Source: Deltaproteobacteria bacterium (GTDB lineage Bacteria; Myxococcota_A; UBA9160; SMWR01). From it: 61,812 nucleotides of DNA. The stretch spans positions 1-61,812 of the forward strand of contig JAQBHB010000053.1 in NCBI GenBank assembly GCA_032128115.1. Direction: 5' to 3'. Shown here in pieces: positions 57,806 to 61,812 of the stretch. A model generated the notes under the pieces. That model was not told the DNA's origin. It ran no database searches and saw nothing but the letters and a program-made list of their open reading frames with translations. Positions within the stretch are counted from its first letter, which is position 1. Each line of letters begins with the position of its first letter. The position numbers and the translations under genes are program-made.

Positions 57806-59032
57806 GTGCCTTTCGAGCTGGTTCCGCCCGGAACCCACATCGACTTCATCGGGAAGCGGCGCCTGTACGCCGCGCTCTCGATCCTCGCGCTGGCGATCTC
57901 GCTGGTAGCGATCCCGGTGCGGGGCATGCTGGCGCCCGGACCCCCGCTGGACGGTATGGGGACGCTCGCGAAGGCCAGCGCGATCCTGAGCCGCGGTGTG
58001 CGACTGGGCATCGACTTCGCTGGCGGCACCGAGCTGGTGGAGCGCTTCGGGAAGGACGCGGTCGTGGACGAAGCTGCCGTCCGCTCGGTGGTGACCCGCT
58101 GTGGTGTGAGCGATCCCAGCGTGATCCGCTACGGAGAGACCGAGGACGCCGAGTTCCTGATCCGCTTCCGCCAGGCGCCGGACGCGGAGTTGTCGCCGGC
58201 CAGCGCCGACTGCCCGATCAGCGACGAGCAGCGCGCGGAGCTGGCCGAGGCGGCGGCCATCAACGCCAGCGACGACGCGGAGATCGAGGGCGGCGGCACC
58301 GGCGAGATGATCGATCGCTTGACCATGGCCCTGACCAACGAGATCGGGCCCGTCGAGATGCGGCGGGCGGAGTTCGTGGGGCCGCGGGTGGGCGCCGAGT
58401 TGCGCCGCGATGGCCTCGAGGCCATGGTGCTCGCCAGCCTGCTGATCCTGATCTACATCGCGTTCCGATTCAATGCGCGTTTCGCTCCGGGCGCCATCGT
58501 GGCCCTGATTCACGACGTGGGCATAACCGCCGGAGTCTTCGTGATCCTGGGTCTGGAGTTCGACCTGCGGGTGCTGGCCGCGCTGCTGGCGATCCTGGGC
58601 TACAGCCTCAACGACACCATCATCATCTACGACCGCATCCGCGAGAACATGGAGCTGCACACGAAGTACGACCTGTTGGATGTGCTGAACCGCAGCGTCA
58701 ACCAGACCCTGGCCCGCACCGTTCTGACCTCGGGCACCACGCTGGCCGCCGTCCTGTGTCTGCTGTTCCTGGGTGGCGAGGTGATTCGTCCCTTCGCCAT
58801 CGCCATGTCCGTCGGGATCGTGGTGGGAACGTACTCGTCGATCTTCATCGCCGCGCCCATCCTGTTGTGGCTCGAGGTGCGCTACGGCTCGGCAGCCCCG
58901 GTGGATCCGGGCAAGGCCGTCGCGGCGGGTGCGGCGTTCGTCACGCGCACCGCGTCCGCCGGTGGGTCGACCTCGGATCCTCCCCGCAAGAAGCGGGGCA
59001 AGCGAAGGAAGAAGGCGGGCGGCTCGCGCTGA
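57806..59032 (+). CDS. secF: protein translocase subunit SecF
   Basis: GIDFAGG, VGPRVG, HDV, GYSLNDTIIIYDRIREN, GTYSSIFIA. Confidence 0.97.
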   Translation: MPFELVPPGTHIDFIGKRRLYAALSILALAISLVAIPVRGMLAPGPPLDGMGTLAKASAILSRGVRLGIDFAGGTELVERFGKDAVVDEAAVRSVVTRCGVSDPSVIRYGETEDAEFLIRFRQAPDAELSPASADCPISDEQRAELAEAAAINASDDAEIEGGGTGEMIDRLTMALTNEIGPVEMRRAEFVGPRVGAELRRDGLEAMVLASLLILIYIAFRFNARFAPGAIVALIHDVGITAGVFVILGLEFDLRVLAALLAILGYSLNDTIIIYDRIRENMELHTKYDLLDVLNRSVNQTLARTVLTSGTTLAAVLCLLFLGGEVIRPFAIAMSVGIVVGTYSSIFIAAPILLWLEVRYGSAAPVDPGKAVAAGAAFVTRTASAGGSTSDPPRKKRGKRRKKAGGSR

Positions 59033-59038
59033 AAGGCG

Positions 59039-59599
59039 TCAGCCGGCCCGGCGCACGTCACCGGTGGCTGGCGGCCGGGTCGGGGTCTGGGTCTGGCTCG
59101 GGGCCTGGGCGGTCGATGCCTTGCTGCTCGACGCTTGCGCGCCCACCTTGAGGGTGCCGTTCAGCACTGCACCTTCGGCCACCGTCAGGCGGGGCGAGGT
59201 CACGTCGCCTTCGACCACGCCCGAGCCCTGAACCTCGACCCGTTCGAGACCGCTCACGTTTCCCAGCACGCGTCCCACGATGACCACGGTCTTGGCCTGG
59301 ACTTCGCCCTTGACGGTTCCCGCGGCTCCAATCGTGAGCTGGCCGTCCGGGAGGTTCACCTTTCCCTCCACGTTGCCCTCGATCACGATGTCCTCGTTGC
59401 CCGTCAGATCCCCCTTGATGGAGATCGACTTCCCGATATTCGCCATGATTTCCCTCCGGGCATCCTGTCCGCTCCGGCGGCTTGCCTGGGTCTCGCCCCG
59501 GCCCTGGACGGATGGGTTCGCAGTGTCGGCCGGGGTGGAGGGCTTGCCTCCGTCGCCGCCGGATTGGCGTTCCCTGGCTTTGCTGCCGAACAGGCTCAC
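59039..59599 (-). CDS. bactofilin (polymer-forming cytoskeletal protein)
   Basis: IGKSISIKGDLTGNEDIVIEGNVEG...VEGDV...VAEGAVLNG. Confidence 0.93.
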   Translation of the reverse strand: MSLFGSKARERQSGGDGGKPSTPADTANPSVQGRGETQASRRSGQDARREIMANIGKSISIKGDLTGNEDIVIEGNVEGKVNLPDGQLTIGAAGTVKGEVQAKTVVIVGRVLGNVSGLERVEVQGSGVVEGDVTSPRLTVAEGAVLNGTLKVGAQASSSKASTAQAPSQTQTPTRPPATGDVRRAG

Positions 59600-59622
59600 G
59601 TTTCCCCCGTGCCGGACGCAGC

Positions 59623-61284
59623 TTACCGCAGGCGCTGGACCTGATCGATTGCCACGTTGTTGCTGCGCAGGATCGTGCCCTGGGCCCGATCGAGCGCGGT
59701 GGAGGAGGTGCGGTAGGTCTGGAAGGCCACGATCTCCGAACTCTCGGCCTCCACGTAGTCCCGCTCCTTCAGGAGCACGTCGAAGGGGGTCGATTCCCCG
59801 TATTCGAGCTTGATCTGGGCCGCCCGGAGCTGTTCCCGGGCCGCGGCCGAGCGGCGTTCGGCGGCCTCGATGCCCTCCTGGGCCGAGTGCAGGTCGCGCA
59901 CCGCCTTGCGGACCTCGAGGATGATGTCCTGCTCCAGGCGCCGCTTGCGGGTCTGGGAGCGGCGCAGCTCCAGCTCCGATTGGCTCACCCGGTGTCGGGC
60001 GGCGGTGTTCCCGATCGGGATCGAGACCGCCGCACCCACCGAGTAGCTGTTGGGTCCGCTGCCGGACAGGAAATTGTTGTAGCTGTGGCCGTAGCCGCCG
60101 GTCAGGGACGTCGTGGCAGTGGGTGGAACCGGGGGCCCACCACTCGGATCCGTGTTTTGGGTGCCCGACACGCCCGAGTAGCCGTAGCTGCCCACGAAGT
60201 CCACCGCGGGCAGTCGCTGGTTCTTCGCGAACTTCACGTCGATTTCGTTGGCCTGGATCTCCTTGTTGGCCACCATCAGCTCCGGGCGGTTTTCGAAGGC
60301 CCGGTGGACGGCGAGCTCGGGATCGATCTCGTACTGGATGTAGTCATCGGGCCGGTCGGTGGGCTCGAACGCCAGGGTCGAATCCGCGGACAGGTGCGGC
60401 CCGAGCACCAGGTCGATCAACACGTCCTGGGAATTCCGGTAGCGATTCTTGGCGACGATCAGGTTGAACTCGCGGTCGGCGACGCCGGCTTCGGCCTCCA
60501 CCACTTCGACCTTGGAGACCACGCCTACTTCGTACTGGGTCTGGGTCTGTTCCAACAGGGCGAGCGCCGTCTCATGGCTCTTTTTCGCCACGCGAACCTG
60601 GTCGCTGGTCGCGATCAGGTTCCAGTAGCCGTCGGTGATGGCCTGCACCGTATTCATGACGGCGGTGCGGAATCTCTCGAGTGATCCCTCGTGCAGGATG
60701 CGCGTGGTCTTTACCGTGGTCCACGGCTCGTTCCAGATCAGGTTGCGCAGCAGCGGCACCCGACCCTCGATGACCCAGGCGGAGTTGTACTGGGGGGCCA
60801 AGGCGGCTACCACCAGGTTGGACGTGCCGCGCCCGGTATCGAGTCGCGATTCGTAGGTGATGCCGAGCATCGGGATGATACCGCGGATGCCCGTGCTGCC
60901 TCCCAGGGTCTCGAGGGACTGGACCGGGACGCCACCAATCGTCGGCGCCAATGCGCTCGTCGAGAACGACTCTTCCTGTCCGTATGAGACGTCCCCGAAG
61001 TACTGGGGGTCGAAGGCGCCCCACGCGATGTCTTCCTGTTGGCCGGTGATCAGGGGCTCGTAGCGTTCCACCTGGACGTCCAGGTTGTTCTCCAGGCCCA
61101 TCTGGATCGCTTGGGCCAGGGTCAGCTGGAGTTGCCCATGGAGGGCGGGAACGTCGAGCACGCCGTTGCGAGCGAGGTCGCTCTCATCCGGCCCGGCGGC
61201 GAGCGCCATCGGGGCGAAGCCAAGCGTTGTCAGCCCGAGAAAAAACGGCCACGACCTGGAACGACCGGGCCTGCGAATCGACAT
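59623..61284 (-). CDS. TolC family outer-membrane protein
   Basis: LTLAQAIQMGLENN, AKNQRLP, VSIPIGN, YGESTPFDVL; start placed at ATG 61284. Confidence 0.9.
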   Translation of the reverse strand: MSIRRPGRSRSWPFFLGLTTLGFAPMALAAGPDESDLARNGVLDVPALHGQLQLTLAQAIQMGLENNLDVQVERYEPLITGQQEDIAWGAFDPQYFGDVSYGQEESFSTSALAPTIGGVPVQSLETLGGSTGIRGIIPMLGITYESRLDTGRGTSNLVVAALAPQYNSAWVIEGRVPLLRNLIWNEPWTTVKTTRILHEGSLERFRTAVMNTVQAITDGYWNLIATSDQVRVAKKSHETALALLEQTQTQYEVGVVSKVEVVEAEAGVADREFNLIVAKNRYRNSQDVLIDLVLGPHLSADSTLAFEPTDRPDDYIQYEIDPELAVHRAFENRPELMVANKEIQANEIDVKFAKNQRLPAVDFVGSYGYSGVSGTQNTDPSGGPPVPPTATTSLTGGYGHSYNNFLSGSGPNSYSVGAAVSIPIGNTAARHRVSQSELELRRSQTRKRRLEQDIILEVRKAVRDLHSAQEGIEAAERRSAAAREQLRAAQIKLEYGESTPFDVLLKERDYVEAESSEIVAFQTYRTSSTALDRAQGTILRSNNVAIDQVQRLR

Positions 61285-61386
61285 GATGTCACCCTCCACT
61301 CGGCACCGGACCCACGATACAACCGATCCGAGGGGGGGGACACGTGCGACAACCGACAAACCGGGTGTCGGCTATCCTGGAAACTC

Positions 61387-61812
61387 ATGACCGTGGCGGC
61401 CCTTCTTCTTGCCGCCGGGCGCGGCGAGCGCTTCGGCCACGAGCTTCCCAAAGCATTTGTGTCAATCGGCAAAAAGCCGCTGGTTCTGTACTCCTTGGAG
61501 ACATTGATTGCGGTGCAGGAGATCGACTGCGTGATTCCAGTGGTAGCGGAAAGCGACCTCGGGCGTTGGAAGGCCCTGGCGCAAGGGCTGGGCGATCTGC
61601 CCAAGCTGGCCCCGGCGGCGACCGGAGGCGCCAAGCGCCAGGATTCGGTCCGAGCGGGCCTTGCGGCGCTGCCCGCCCATGCCGCCTGGGTGGTGATTCA
61701 CGACGCGGCTCGCCCCATCGTGCGAGCCCCGGCCGTGACCCGGGTGATAGAGGCCGCCCGGCGGGACGGGGCGGCGCGGCTGGCGGCACCCGTACGGGAC
61801 ACCAAAAAGCGG
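61387..61812 (+). CDS. ispD: 2-C-methyl-D-erythritol 4-phosphate cytidylyltransferase, partial
   Basis: Not in the ORF track. Manual translation: MTVAALLLAAGRGERFG..PKAF...GGAKRQDSV...VIHDAARP...PVRDT. Confidence 0.92.
   Translation, partial: MTVAALLLAAGRGERFGHELPKAFVSIGKKPLVLYSLETLIAVQEIDCVIPVVAESDLGRWKALAQGLGDLPKLAPAATGGAKRQDSVRAGLAALPAHAAWVVIHDAARPIVRAPAVTRVIEAARRDGAARLAAPVRDTKKR

Overview
High-GC bacterial chromosome segment; the gene content (DUF1329, sulfotransferase plus DUF1214, PEP-CTERM, tandem PilZ, lptCAB-rpoN-PTS operon) suggests a Myxococcota/deltaproteobacterium-like organism (inference). About 58 protein-coding genes: accessory lipid, sulfur and redox metabolism and envelope-modification genes on the left and centre, and a core block on the right (lptC-lptA-lptB-rpoN-ptsN-hprK-rapZ-EIIA-ptsH-metK-spoIID-yajC-secD-secF, bactofilin, TolC, partial ispD). 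I saw no rRNA, tRNA, CRISPR array or mobile element. Strongest hidden signal: a stand-alone GrdB/PrdB-like selenoprotein that the ORF track splits in two at an in-frame UGA (U-P-D-C-C), with a SECIS-like hairpin starting 11 nt after the UGA. Other notable items: an apparent metK-spoIID fusion explained by a 2-nt deletion; a sigma-54 site upstream of the operon encoding rpoN; a PEP-CTERM / TPR-beta-barrel / FecR-like operon; two paralogous four-His membrane proteins with TPR tails; a Tat-linked AKR-FeS/GMC redox operon; a 145-nt nested hairpin next to a pyrimidine-rich repeat; and many short local tandem duplications. All family calls come from motif recognition by eye, not from database searches.
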